The notes beneath the pieces were generated by a model. That model had not been told where the DNA came from and did no database searches. It was given only the letters and a program-made list of their open reading frames with translations. A stretch of DNA of 64,000 nt from the human T2T-CHM13v2.0 reference genome, Homo sapiens. The translations under genes were made by a program, and so were the position numbers. The stretch lies in the NCBI RefSeq assembly GCF_009914755.1, contig NC_060929.1. The stretch is one strand, 5' to 3'. This document shows positions 23,935 through 38,909 of the stretch, in pieces (the first letter of the stretch is position 1; every line of letters starts with the position of its first letter).

Positions 23935-25465
23935 AGCTATCCATCTTCTGAAGCCTTCCACCTCATCTAAGAGCATCCTCTTACACTCTTGCTTTGAAAT
24001 CTGGCTGTTTCTTGGTGATCTTGCTTCCTCTTTGTCCTTCTCCAATGGTGGGCATTTTCTTTGCCACACCCCTTATACCACCAGGCTTGGAGATTGGGTA
24101 GCTGTTTTCTTAGATCATCACCATTACTTCTGGATCATTTTTTCTTTCTCATCCACAAACTCCTCTATCTTTGAATTTTAGGTCATCAGATTAAATTTTA
24201 CTACTGAATCAAGTGCAGTTATATATAGTTCCTTGCCCAGGGATATATCCCTTTATTCCTTGAAGATTTTAGCTCCTGGCTTGCTGTCTACAGGTTCCTA
24301 TAAACATCAAGCCCAAATTTCAGTTGATTAATATAATCATTTTTTTTTTTTTCTCAGAGTTAATTCGAAGGTGATGGGGAGGACAGAGGCTGTACTCCAC
24401 GTGGTCATTCAGGTATTCAGGCTGATGGAGGCTCTGTTAAATTCACACCATGGCTTCTAACATTATTCTGGAGGTCAGTGTCTTACTGGAATATGTGAAA
24501 GGAGAGAGTATAGGATCAAGACAAACGTTTTTCTGAGGCAGGCAGGGAGGGTGGGAAAGGTAGTCTGATGAGAGTGCCAGGAGTAAAGGAGTGAGTTAGT
24601 GAATAGCGGTTCTTTAGGCACCGGCTATCAGTTTTGTTCTTTCCCCCATCCACTGATACCTCCTAGAAAAAGATAACCTGAAGCTCCCCTCATTCAGTGC
24701 ACCCACTTCAAAGGTCAGGATCTCCAGCTACTACATGGCACATTGCTACTCATGTAAACATGGATCTTGAAATCTGTAAGCTAGAGAGAGGTTTATGGTT
24801 CATGCCCTTTCAGCCTGCTCTCCAACACTCATGCACACACACACAATACATAATAGTGGAGCAGGGACAAGATAATAAAAATTCAAATTTCTACTTTGAA
24901 AATGAAAATGCATAACAAGGACAAAAGCCCACAGGGTAATCCCTGTCAAAACCTTCTAGTCCTGTTGAATGAAGTTCCTTGATTAGACCTGATTCTGTTC
25001 TCTGGCAGAAACTCTTTTGTTCATAGTTCTCTGTGACCTCTAGTTCTACCTTCTGGGAGGTTTGTCCTTGCCTATTGTCTTCCATGGCCATTACTGAAGT
25101 CATTTTGGGGGCATGTGGCATCGGGGCTGTAAAGCTTTTGCAGCCTACTCCATTCTGGCATAAATTTGGGATCCCTAGTCTTGTTTTGTTGTTCAAACAT
25201 TCAAAGCCTTTTTTAGTTGACGTTTGTCATTTCTTTGGCAATACAACTCCCAGGAAAATTTAGTAGACTATGAATTAATTTGATTTCATTAGTTTTATGT
25301 GTCAGTGAACATATGCTCATCCTTTCCCAGACATAATACACAAGCCTGGTATCTTTGCTTCCTTGCCCCCAAGCCTGTCCTGCAACAGAATGGCCTATCA
25401 TGAAGCCATTACTTTACACAGAAGGCCATACCCTTAATCTGATCATTGCCCCAGAGCTGAGTCTT

Positions 25466-25623
25466 TTTTTTTTTTTATTTCATTTCATTTCTTTCTTTTT
25501 TTTGTAGAGATGGCATCTCCGTATGTTGCCCAGGCTTGTCTTCAACTCCTGGGCTCAAGGAATCCTCCTGCCTTGGCCTACCAAAGTGCTGGGATTACAG
25601 GTGTGAGCCATTAACACCCAGCC
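25466..25623 (-). mobile_element. FLAM_C-like Alu monomer
   Basis: Single left arm with T tail. TSD CAGAGCTGAGTCTT on both sides. Confidence 0.92.
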
Positions 25624-25917
25624 AACAGAGCTGAGTCTTAATGAGGCTTTGTTGTTCAAAGGCTTTTCATTGTTTGGAGTTTGTAGCAATGGACTTTCCT
25701 AGCATTTGAGGCCTCAGATCTCTTTCTACTCTCTCTTCCCTTTAATAATTGCTTTGAAACTGCCAATTCTTGCCTAAGCCTAATTGTTTCTTTTGAAATA
25801 TTGCTAAATGCATCCAGTAAAAATCAACACAAACCTCTAACATTTTTCTGACCTTCTCCCCTAGAGCCAAAGGTTCAAACGCAGTTGATCTGCTTTTGAA
25901 GCAATAGAAAATGTCAG

Positions 25918-26223
25918 GTTTTTTTGTTTTGTTTTGTTTTTGAGACAGAGTTTCACTCTTTTTGCTCAGGCTGGAGTGCAATGGCGCGATCTTGGCTCAC
26001 CGCAACCTCCGCCTCACGGATTCAAGCGATTCTCCTGCCTTAGCCTCCTGAATATCTGGGATTACAGGCATGTGCCACCACGCCCGGCTAATTTTGTATT
26101 TTTAGTAGAGACGGGGTTTCTCCATGTTGGTCAAACTGGTCTCTAACTCCCAACCTCAGGTGATCCGCCCGCTTCGGCCTCCCGAAGTGCTGGGATTACA
26201 GGTGTAAACCATCGCGCCCGGCC
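25918..26223 (-). mobile_element. AluSp/Sq
   Basis: Full dimer. TSD gaaaatgtcag. Confidence 0.96.
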
Positions 26224-26859
26224 CGAAAATGTCAGTTTTTAAAATGTTTTGTCACTGCATAGCAAAGGCTTCCATCTTTCTGGCATCCAGCATTCATCAC
26301 TGTCACATGACCATGAAGCCGATGCCACATGTTTCTACTGTGATCTGGACCCCACTACTGCTCTCCTAACTCACTGAACTCCAGTCACACTGACCACCTG
26401 TGCTTTTCAGTACTCCAGGCACTCTCCTGTTTTGGAGCTTTTGTCTTTGCTGTTATCTCTCCGGGAGGAACATTCCCTCCTCCCAGTATTTACTTGCTGG
26501 TCCTCTCCTGCAAGTCTTTACTCAGGGTTAACTATTTTGTGAGGACTTCCATAGTGACTCTATTTTCAAACCATTCAATCATTCTTTTATTGCTTATTTT
26601 TTCTCCATTCGGGCCAGTGTGACACCTTTGAATTGGCTTCCATGAACTTTTGATATGACTCCATTGATTTTGGAAAGCTTTATTTCTGGTACAAAAATGT
26701 GTCCCAGGCTCACAGTTGTAAAATTAGTTATTTCTCTAAATTGCCTGGTCTCCTAGAGAATGAAGATATAGATCAAAATCTTGGTGTTACGGGTACTCAT
26801 TGCTACTGGGCTGACATAACTTTGAGACTAGCAGAAGACAATTAATTTCAGTATAAGAG

Positions 26860-28790
26860 ATTGTTTTAAAATTAGTTATTAATTTTTTGAATAGTAATGA
26901 ATTTTCATGATTCAAAAGTTAAAAGTGTGTAGAAACATATACACAGGGTTTTGCTCCTATTCCTGCCCCCCTCTATTCTATTTCCCTGCCCTCTATAGGT
27001 AACTATATTGATGAGTTTCTTTATACCATACTTATCCTTTTTTACCTTACTCTGTAACCCTGCCCCTACAGGTAAATAATTTTATTAGTTTCTTGTTTAT
27101 CCTTCCATTGCTTCATTTCACAAACACATATATGTACACATTCTCTTCTTTCTTCCTCAGAATGTGGCACTTTTCTGCACCTAAGTATATTTTCTTAAGA
27201 ACATAGGCAGTCAATCTCTGTATATCAATGCATGAAGATCTTCCTTTTAAAAAACTGTATATTATTGCACTGAGTGGCTGCATCATAATTTCTTCAACTA
27301 ATTATTTCTTGTGGGCTACTTGGGTTAGTTTCGATCTTTTTCTCTTATAATTATGTTGCAGTGAAGGCATCTGTACATATGTGATTTTACATTCATATTG
27401 TATCACTGGGATAGATTCTTGGAAATGGGATTTCTGGGTCAAAGATATATCTGAAATTTTTTTAGAGACTGCCAAATATTTTTGCATTGGGGTGGTGTCA
27501 TTTTCTTTCCTCCACTAATATAAACTTTCAGATTTTTGCCAAGTTGATAAGTAAAAAATGGTAATTTTGTATAGTTTTACAGTTGTCTCCTGGTACTTTT
27601 GGGGGATGGGTTCCATGATGCCTGTGGATATTAAAATACTTGGATGCTCAATTCCATGGTGTAAACTGATGTAGTATTTGCATAGAACCAACACACTTCC
27701 TCCCATCCTCTTACACTTTCATACACTTTGCACACTTTAAATTATCTCTCGATTACTTATAGTACCCACTACAATGTAAATGGAGCATTTACATTGTATA
27801 TAATTGTATACATTGCATATAATAAATAATTATTAGAAAGTATTGTGTTTTAAATGTGCAATATTTTTATTGTTGCACTATATTCTTATTTTTTATTTTT
27901 TTTCCCAAATATTTTCCATCTACGGTTGGTTAAATCTGTGGATGTAGAAACCACAGATATGGAGGGCTGACTATACATTTTCATTAACATGAGTGAGATT
28001 GAACATAATTTAACCTGTTTAAGGGGTATATTTTGTGTGGATGATCTCTCTGTTCATATCTTTTCCTTGTAATTCTATCAGGGTTTTTTTGTCTTTTCTT
28101 GATTTCTAGTAGGTAGCTCTTTACATATTGGGAAAATTTACATTCATCTGTGATAGGTGTTGCAAGTTTTTCTGAAGTTTGTTAGTTGTCTTGCAATTTC
28201 TTATGATTCTTTCTTCTCTGGCTCTCATTTTTTATTTTATGTATTCTCATTTTTCAGTCTTTTATGGTCTTCGGATTTCACGTCATGCTCAGAAAACTCT
28301 TCTCTGGTTGAAAGTAATAAGAAAGTTCACTCATGTTTTCATATAATATTTATATGGTTTTCTTTAAAAAATGTATTCCTTTATTCTTTTTGGAGCTTTT
28401 CCTAGAGTGTGCAGAGAGGTATCGGAACAACTTTGTCTCTCTCCAGATGGCTATTCAGTTGTCTCAGTACCAGTTATTAAAATGTGCATCTGTAGCCTAT
28501 TGATATGAAAAGCTTGATTTATCATATTCTTATTTCCCATAGGTATTTGAATCTATTTCTAAAATTTCTATTCTGTTTCATTGGTCTACTTGGTAATTCA
28601 CACTCAATTCAGTACTGTTTTAATTATTGATATGTTATAGTATGTCTTAGTATCTGGAGAGGCTAGTCCTCTACATTGTTCTTTTTCAGACTTTTTCTGG
28701 TTACTATTATTTGTGTATTTTTAATGTAAGCTTTAGAATAAAACTTCCAGGTTTCAGGAAAAATTCTTTTAGTATTTTTATTGGATCCTG
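26860..28790 (-). mobile_element. L1ME/L1MC 3' region, interrupted by MER2
   Basis: Antisense L1 3' text (ggatagattcttggaaatgggatttctgggtcaaag; cagatggctattcagttgtctcagtacc). Confidence 0.75.
27580..27973. mobile_element. MER2 (TcMar-Tigger MITE)
   Basis: cagttgtctcc...ggagggctgact(a) terminal inverted repeats with TA target duplication. Confidence 0.85.
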
Positions 28791-30624
28791 AGCCACTTTT
28801 TATTATAACATATTTGAACTAAGATGGTTAGGCTGAGTATTCACGTCTCAGTTCTTGTACTTTAGAACTGCTTAAAAACAGAGACTTCTCTGATTTAAAT
28901 CCAAAAATAATAATCATATAAAACGGATCTTTACTCAAGGCACTGTATATTTCTGGTACCTATGACTCCAGGTTTTTCAATTTATAGATGTAAAATCTTT
29001 CTGGAAGCTTTGCCAGTGGTGGTCACTTCCAGGCAAGGAGTTCACTTTGCAAGGTCACTTTGACTGCCTTTTTTTCCCAACACTCTATACAATTCCAAGT
29101 TTTATGCTTTTTAAAGTAAAGCTATTTTCTCCTAAAATGATTAAAAGTGCTCTAGGGAAGAACCACTGGTTTGGAGGTCTGTATACAATTGTATAATTTC
29201 TGGCTCAAGTAATTTCTAGTTTGCCTGGAATTTTAACAATAGTCCTGAGGTTTTGCACATTGAACAGACTTTGAGCTCCTCAGCCTAGGAGTCTTTGGTG
29301 ACTCCTAGTCACCAAAGGAATGCTTTGAATATTCCTGAGAGATCTGGACCTGTGAGTACTTGTGGAAAATACATTTGTCTCTCTAAAAAGATTCCACCCT
29401 AAAATTTAAGTTGCATATTTTTAGAGAAATTACTTGAAAATAAACAAAATACTAATGTACCAACACAGTGCTATCCAAAAAAAGAACAGAAAAAAGTCCA
29501 GCGATACAGGAGGTAAAGCTCTCGTAATAACTATACTTCACTCACACTGCACATATATAATTTTTGTGATTACTAGCTGCACTATTAAATAGGGTACCTT
29601 AATAGACATTATGTGCAATGTGGGTGAACTTGAGTTTATTATAACAATTCTAACTCATACATTTCCTGACGTCTGTGGTATTTTACGCAGTTATAGTGAA
29701 TGTTATTTTCCTTATGGTATTTTCTTAAATGAAAGAAAAAAATGCAGAAACTTAAAAAGAGTGGCCAATGTCTAATTATGTTTATATGTAAAAGATTTAT
29801 GGAAGTCTCAATACTTATTTTTGTGTATGATCTGACTTCAGGCCATTATTATTAAATCATTTATTCAGCACCTTTGTTGAGGTCCTTCTCCATATCAGGC
29901 AATGAGGCAGGCCCCAGGGATACAAAGATAAAGATAATAAAATTCCCACTATTGACAAACTGAGAAGCAGAATTTTGAGGAGTCCTGGGAATATAAGAAA
30001 TACTTGTAAGACAATATGAAGAAAACTCTTCAAGTACTTTCATTTATTTATAACAACCCAATACCTTAACTACTATTGTAACCTCAATTTTACAGATGAG
30101 GACCTTGATGGAATTGGAAAAGTTAGCTATAATATGGAGGTGAGTTCAAAGCATTAGAGGCGCACAGAAGATACTTGGGAAATAAATGGTGTGTGGTGGT
30201 CAGACTAGTCTTTTTGGAAAGAAGACTTTGCTAGAGTCCTAATGATAAATCCTATGGGATCTGTGCTAGGCAGTACGGTAGAGAGAAGACATTCGATAAA
30301 GAAACACGTAGACTACAGGGCAAGCATCACATGTTGATGGACTGGATATGGTTGGGTTTAAAATAAATAAGATAGTTCTTTGTTTTGTGCTTAGATACTT
30401 TGTAAGATGAAGTGATTGATGGAGATTGTAGCTACAGAAGGTGAAATAGGTAAGGAAAAGAAGATAAGTTTGCTTGTATAAATTACAATTGAGTTTTTCT
30501 AATTTATGATTTATAAGTTTGCAGGCATTTTGCCTTTTCATTGGATATTTTCTTTGTTTATAGGAAAAGAATCATATAATTTCGAATACTTTTATTTCTT
30601 TTAACCAAACTTAAAAAATCCTTA

Positions 30625-30951
<327 letters not shown>

Positions 30952-31524
30952 CTAGATTCAAGGTAAGAATAAGGCAGTTGCAACAGGACTTTAAGGTAGA
31001 CTCCTCTGTCTCTGTAGCATAAAGGGCAGTGGAAGTACACACTTTCTCCTTGTTTCACTTTTCCTGATCCAGAGTCATTATTTTGCACACCCTCACTCCT
31101 GCACCAAGCAGCCTCAAGAGTGCTAGAAATCCCACCTCTTTCCCTGCAGTTGGTGTGCATACAGAGGCCTTCTCCTCTGTCCAGCAGCTTGGGTGGGCAG
31201 TGTTGTGGCACGGTGGGTCAGTCACTCATGCAAACCTTCGATCTAGTCATGCTGTGCAGCAGCTACTATGCCTGGGTCTAGGAGGTAGATAACGCAGCAA
31301 CTCTCAACTGATTTGGAGCCTAAAGCAACAGGGCTTGATGAAGATTTGCTGAAATCTTGGTGCATCAATTTTAAACTTAACTCCCACTGGAATTGGCTTG
31401 ATGTTACCATGACTAAAAGTTTTAAAGAGGAATACCAACATAATTCCATGGCACAGAGTATATATACATCTTAGTGGTCATTTAATAAAAGTTAGGCGCC
31501 TGAGACCCAGATTAGCAGATACTT

Positions 31525-31815
31525 CTTGGTGTTCTCCAATCCTGTGTTTTCTTCTACCTGGTACACAGCTAGGCTATATTTTCAGTCTTTCTTCTAGTGG
31601 CGTGTAGTCATCTCATAGGTCCTCACTGATGGAAATGAAGGAAGAAATGTGTGTCCTTGAAGAAGTAGACGTGCCTTCTCCAGGCTCCCTTTGTCTATTG
31701 TCTGGTTGCATATAAATGACCATGAGGTTCCAGGAGATGGCAGATCCCCAAGATGGAAGGAGACTATTTCCGGATTATTGTGTGGAGAGCCACCTGCTCA
31801 CAAGGAATATCAGAA
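31525..31815 (+). mobile_element. MLT1J-like LTR fragment
   Basis: tacacagctaggctatatttt...gatggcagatcccca agatggaaggag...tgtggagagccacc. Confidence 0.6.
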
Positions 31816-32169
31816 GAAGGGCACTTATCTTAGGGACCCAGAAACTCTTGAGAAAATGTTATTTACATTAAGAACTTAAATTGAAGAGTTAACCTCCGCA
31901 GACTGAATGATCTAAGTGAACTGTAAATTAAGTTTGCACTTATCTACAAAAAATTAAAAAAAAAAAACTTCATGAGAGATATTTTTAAGTCACTTTAAGA
32001 GGGGATGTGGTTTAAAATCAATAAAGTTGACAAATACCCTTCATGAAATTTCTGAATGGTACACCAATAGTAGCCCATGAATAGTCAACTGAAATAACAT
32101 TTAATGAAAAATAAGTATTTAAAAATGCATGTATTAGTGATAATCACTTTCCCGTCACAGGTCTCTTCT

Positions 32170-33200
<1,031 letters not shown>

Positions 33201-34369
33201 ATGGAAATAATATTTTAGAGGGTTCATTTAAAAAACTCTAATTTATTGCCTAAAATTCATGGGAAAACACTAATAGAAATACAAAATGCCTTCCAAGATC
33301 TTGGCACTCCATTCCATCAATTTGTTCACTTTCCTCTCAATGTTTCTACATTATTTCTGCATGTGTGTATCTTAGATATTTTCTAGACTTTCTACTTGTC
33401 TGTCTTCAATAAAAAATGATTTCTCCAAGTAACATAAAACTATAGTTCTTTAAAATTAATTGAAAACTTTACAGTAGTTTTCTTAGCGTAAAGCAGATAT
33501 AGTTTAAAGCTCAGAAAGGGGATTCTGGATTTAGTAAGGAAGGATCTTGGAATAATGTATTCCAGATGAAAACACAGTAAGATTGGAAAGCCCAAGTCCC
33601 TGAGGACTCCTACTTCTCAGTTCCCTTTCTATCCACCCCCCATCTTTGTCTTTCAACTGTGCAACTGGTGAATTCCTTTAAAATTCCAGAATTTCTATTG
33701 CTTTTCCTGTATTTTCTCAGCACTCTCAAGTGAGAAAATATTCTACTGTTACCACCTCCTTCCACTCCCATACCCAAACTGCACCTACACCTCCTGAACA
33801 CCCATCTTTTAAAAATTCACTTGCCAAAACCCTGGGTTCATATCCCGTGTCTCACATTATTATATGTCTTCCCATTTGTGAACATTTTCTTCCAATTAAT
33901 TCTATTTAAATAATTTCATTAGGTCTTTTTCATTTTGGAAGATTATTTGTTTACTAATTGGGGATGGGTACTAAGAAGTAAATCATCCATGGAGAAAATT
34001 TTTAAAGTTTATTGGGAAAAGGTTATCAGATAGTAGAACAGCTATGAGATTGGAATGAAGTAAGTTCAGCTACAAATAATTTTAGCAAGGTAAATGTAAG
34101 TCACAGAATTTGAGCAGGGATTTCTGGAGGTGGACATAGAATCAATAAAATAACCTAAATTGGGTCATTATTCTCCCCAGCAGTTTTTGACTTTAATGGT
34201 TTCATCAGATCAAAATTCTACCACGTAGAAAGCAGAAGTGCTTACCTGCCTTACTTTTAGGAAAATGAAAAATTTAGTATTATTTTGCAATTTCTTGACA
34301 GCAGAAAATTGTAGATGGACAATATATATATGTGGGTGATTTCATCAGTGCAACAACAACTTAGACCAC

Positions 34370-34472
34370 TTCTTTCTTTCTTTCTTTTCTTTTTCTTTTT
34401 GAGATGGAGTCTCTCTCTGTCTCCCAGGCTGGAGTGCAGTGGCGTGATCTCGGCTCACTGCAAGCTCCGCCT
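34370..34472 (-). mobile_element. Alu 3' fragment (Y-type gcaagctcc)
   Basis: Tail plus only ~70 nt of the right arm. Confidence 0.9.
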
Positions 34473-34655
34473 CTTCTAATCAATATAAAATTAGGAGACT
34501 ATGCATTTTAACAACGGCAATTTGTCTTAAGGGAGCAGATTGAAATAGAGGGAAAAATGTAAGGTGATTAAATGCATTGCTTGCATCCCTTTCTCCCTCC
34601 CCAGCAGGGTGATGTGCATGTTGCATTGGAGAGGCAGAGGAAGCCATTGTGTACC

Positions 34656-35018
34656 TGATATGGTTGGGCTGTGTCCCCACCCAAATCTCATCTTGAATTG
34701 TAGTTCCCATAATCCCCACATGTCCTGTGAGGGGTCTGGTGGGAAGTGATTGGAGCATGGGGGCTGTTTCCCCCATGCTGTTCTCGTGAGAATGAGTGAG
34801 TCTCATGAGATCTGATGGTTTTATAAGCGTCTGGCATTTCCCCTGCTTGCGTTTGTTGTCTCTCCTGCTGCCCTGTGAAGAGGTGCCTTCTGCCATGATT
34901 ATGAATTTCCTGAGGCCTCCCCAGCCATGTGGAACTGTGAAGCAATTAAACCTCTTTTCTTTATAAATTACCCAGTCTTGGGTATTTCTTCATAGCAGCA
35001 TAAGAACGGACTAATATA
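34656..35018 (+). mobile_element. THE1(D-like) solo LTR
   Basis: tgatatggttgggctgtgtccccacccaaatctc...ggactaata. Approximate TSD gtacc/gtgcc. Confidence 0.92.
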
Positions 35019-35678
35019 GTGCCTCAGCAGAAAGGTGTGTTGGTTACAGCTGTGGCATTGAAGAAGAGCAGACTGTAAGACACTCTGCAGCTGTCATCTC
35101 ACTTGGCTAACATCGGGTCATAAGCAGCCTAACACAAGCTCTTTGTTGATTAAGAAAAAGCATTTCTATGGGTCTTATTTTGAATTACTTTCCAAAAATT
35201 CCATTATGAATTCATTGTTTGTTATTCAAAAAGTATTTTACCGCAAACCATGTTACAATTTAATATATATAATTATAGTTCCACTGGGTTTCATTTTTAA
35301 AGGATTTTAGCTTCACCCAATGACTCAGTGAAACATTCTTTTCATGGCAAGACAATCTAATTTGGAAGAAGAGAAATATATGCACCCCTTCTTGGCAGAC
35401 TGCTTACAGGCAAAGGAAGCAATGGCTGCTGTAGGGAAAGTGAGCAAATGATGTTGCTCTAGAGGTCATCTGGGTGCTCATGTCTTCCTTCTGCCCAATT
35501 CTCAGGAGCATTAGTCCTGGAGCTAGTGCTTGTGGGTCAACAGAAGATTCAACTAAATCACTATAAAAGTGAAGGTCCAGAGTAAGGTAGACACTTCCCA
35601 TGACCAGAATTATTAATTTGCAGTAAAGAAAATACTTTTTTTCTTTTTAAAAAGGGAAGGTTGCTTTTTTCAGATTTA

Positions 35679-35980
<302 letters not shown>

Positions 35981-36278
35981 GTAAATAAACTCCTATTTAA
36001 GTAACTCTTAACCCAGATGCTGTAAAATAAGAAATATTGTGTGTGTGGGAGTAAGAGTAAGCCTGGAGAATGGATTCCATTTCTACTGTTTGTTTGTAGA
36101 AACCATGATTATGGGGCTATGGGGCTGTAATTCTCTCTGAGATTTGAGAAGAGAGACATAAATATAAATAATAAATATATCTTCTTATATTTATTGAATA
36201 TATAAATTCAATATTGAATTTACGTTCAAATTCAATAGGCAGCAGTGTGCAGGAGACATACTTAAATAGTTTGCATAC

Positions 36279-37263
36279 TGTATTAGTCTGTTTTCGTGCT
36301 GCTGATAAAGACATACATGAGACTAGGTAATTTATAAAGAAAAAGAGGTTTCATGAATTCACAATTCCACGTGGCTGGGGAGGCCTCATAATCATGGCAG
36401 AAGGCAAAAGGCATATTTACATGGTGGCAGGGAACAGAAAGAATGAGAGCCAAGTGAAAGGGGAACCCTCTTACGAAACCATCAGATCTTGTGAGAGTTA
36501 TCCACTACCATGAGAACAGAATCTTCTACCAGATACACTAAATCATCTCTCTCAAGTTCAAAGTTCCACAAATCTCTAGAGCAGGGGCAAAATGCCATCA
36601 GTCTCTTTGCTAAAACACAGCAAGACTCACCTTTATTCCAGTTCCCAACAAGGTCCTCATCTCCATCTGAGACCACCTCAGCCTGGATTTCATTGTCCAT
36701 ATCATTATCAGCATTTTGGTCAAAGCCATTCAACAAGTCTCCAAACTTTCCCACATGTTTCTGTATTCTTCTGAGCCCTCCAAAGTGTTCCAACCTCTGC
36801 CTGTTATCCAGTTCCAAAGCTGCTTCAACATTATTGGGTATCTTTACAGCAGCATCCCCACTCTACTGGTACCAATTTACTGTATTAGTCTGTTTTCATG
36901 CTGCTGATATAGACATACATGAAACTGAGTAATTTATAAAGAAAAAGAGATTTAATAAACTCACAGTTCCACATGGCTGGAGTGGCCTCACAATCATGGT
37001 GGAAGGCAAAAGGCATGTCTTACATGCCTCACAATCATGGTGGAAGGCAAAAAGCAGGGAACAGAGAGAACGAGAGCTATGCAAAAGGGATTTCTCCTTA
37101 TAAAGCCATCAGATGTCTTGAGACGTACTACCACAAGAATAGTACAGGAGAAATCACCCCCGTGATTCAATTATCTCCCCCCGGGTCCTTTCCACACATG
37201 TGAGAATTATGAGAGCAACAATTCAAGATAAGATTTGGGTGGGGACACAGCCAAACCATATCA
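36279..37263 (-). mobile_element. THE1(C-like) provirus with large internal deletion
   Basis: Partial LTR 36279-36519, THE1-int 36520-36880 (ends ctggtaccaatttac), complete LTR 36881-37263. Confidence 0.9.
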
Positions 37264-38879
37264 CAAAAACATGCAAACACATCTTAGTTGAATAAACCTT
37301 GCAAAACCCCGTACACCAAATGCCTTGCTTAAGCCTGCCTTCTGTCCCATGGTCACGCATTCACTGCAGTGAGGATATTGATAGGTTTCTGTAAAGATGA
37401 CATGAACTTTGGGATAGATTTTGTAATAAAGCTGCCTTCTAGATGTCCAATTTCTAAATCTGCACTAACTTGTTTTCAGAATATAAAATGTATTATTATA
37501 ATTTAAATTTTACAGTCATATTTTTGAAAGAAAAGGTTTTTAAAAATTTTAGTTCTATTTCAATCTGAAAAAGTAAAACAGTTCATAACACAAAAACAAA
37601 GATGCTGTAACAGTGTCAGAAGAATAGTCTTTAACACATATTGAGATTTATGTGTATATTTCTGACTAGTTCTCTAAAACCACACTAATAAAGGGTTCGA
37701 TCTTTTGATGATGATAATAAAACTATTTTATCCATAAGATATACACTAAAGTGAATATAATTAATAGATTCATTATCTTTTATTAAATCATTTATATTCA
37801 TATTTTCTTCCCTACCCAAGCAGAATCCTTTAGAACACATTCCACATTAGTTTACTTTTACACCACCTACAACTTAAATTAGGGTAAATTATCAAATAAT
37901 ATTAGTTGAAGAAATTCATTTATTTTTACCCTGATTCTGGCTCCCTTTTATGTGTTTGTGGTATGGCTAACAGTCTGTGGACCTTAAAATATCTTAGAGA
38001 AAATGACAAATTAGAAAATCCTTTAGACATTTTCAACAACATCTTTCTCCTTAAAATTTTGCACTCAGGAGGATTTCTTCCTACAATTTTCTACTTTTTC
38101 TTCAAATTAAGCATTTATATTCACTCCAAATTCTTTTCTATTTGACAATAGATGTAAGTTGATAAATAACTGTAACCTTTTATAAAGCAGGCTTTAACTT
38201 TATATATAACAAATACATATTAAAGTCCATCCACATTTGGGTCAGCAATATGTCTTCTTGATTTCTGTCTTAAAAAGAAATAACCAGTCAACCATGCAAT
38301 TTGCTTTCATAATTTTGCCCACAACACAGCTGTTCTTCATTAGTACATATATTTTCCGATCAGGGTAAATTTCCAGATAGTAATAATTTTTTTAAAATTA
38401 GCTTTTTCTTCTCTGGGCTTAAATAAAAATGATTTTCAGACATTGTTACAAGCTGATGATCTTTCATCAATTTCTTTAACCAAACTTAAACTTTTGAGAA
38501 TGTCTAAGGGTTTACTTTGTCATCAAGTCAAAACCAACAATGTAGGTGTTATCTTTATCCCAGAAATCATGTCATAGTGAACCAAGATGGCCTTGTATAT
38601 GTATAGTATAAGAACTAAGTATAAGATGACATGCCAGGAACAGGTTGGCTTTCTAGAGCTTTGTCCAGTCACCTTCTGAACAAAAGCAGATGAACTTTCT
38701 TGTTATCATAAAGCCTTGGTCCCAATCAAAAGGCAAATAGCCCAGTGAGGATGGTACTTAAAATTATCAGCCATTTTTACTTTTGTGTAATAGAGAAAAA
38801 CAAGTTTTAAGACATCTGTAGAAAGAAGAGACTACAAAGACTGAACAACTGAAAAGAGGCAAAAGGTAGCATAGAAAGC

Positions 38880-38909
38880 AAAAAAAAAAAAAAAAAAAAA
38901 GAAAAAAAA
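38880..38909 (+). repeat. Poly-A run (A21 G A8)
   Basis: Directly visible. Confidence 0.95.

Larger units (their letters stand above)
24290..26340 (-). mobile_element. Old MLT1 LTR plus MLT1-int remnants, interrupted by two Alus
   Basis: ggctgtactccacgtggtcattcagg...caggctgatggaggctc (LTR), followed by MaLR-internal-like text. Confidence 0.5.

Noticed and set aside
38880-38909. Poly-A run as a processed pseudogene tail
   Set aside because: No upstream poly(A) signal, TSD or recognisable mRNA body.
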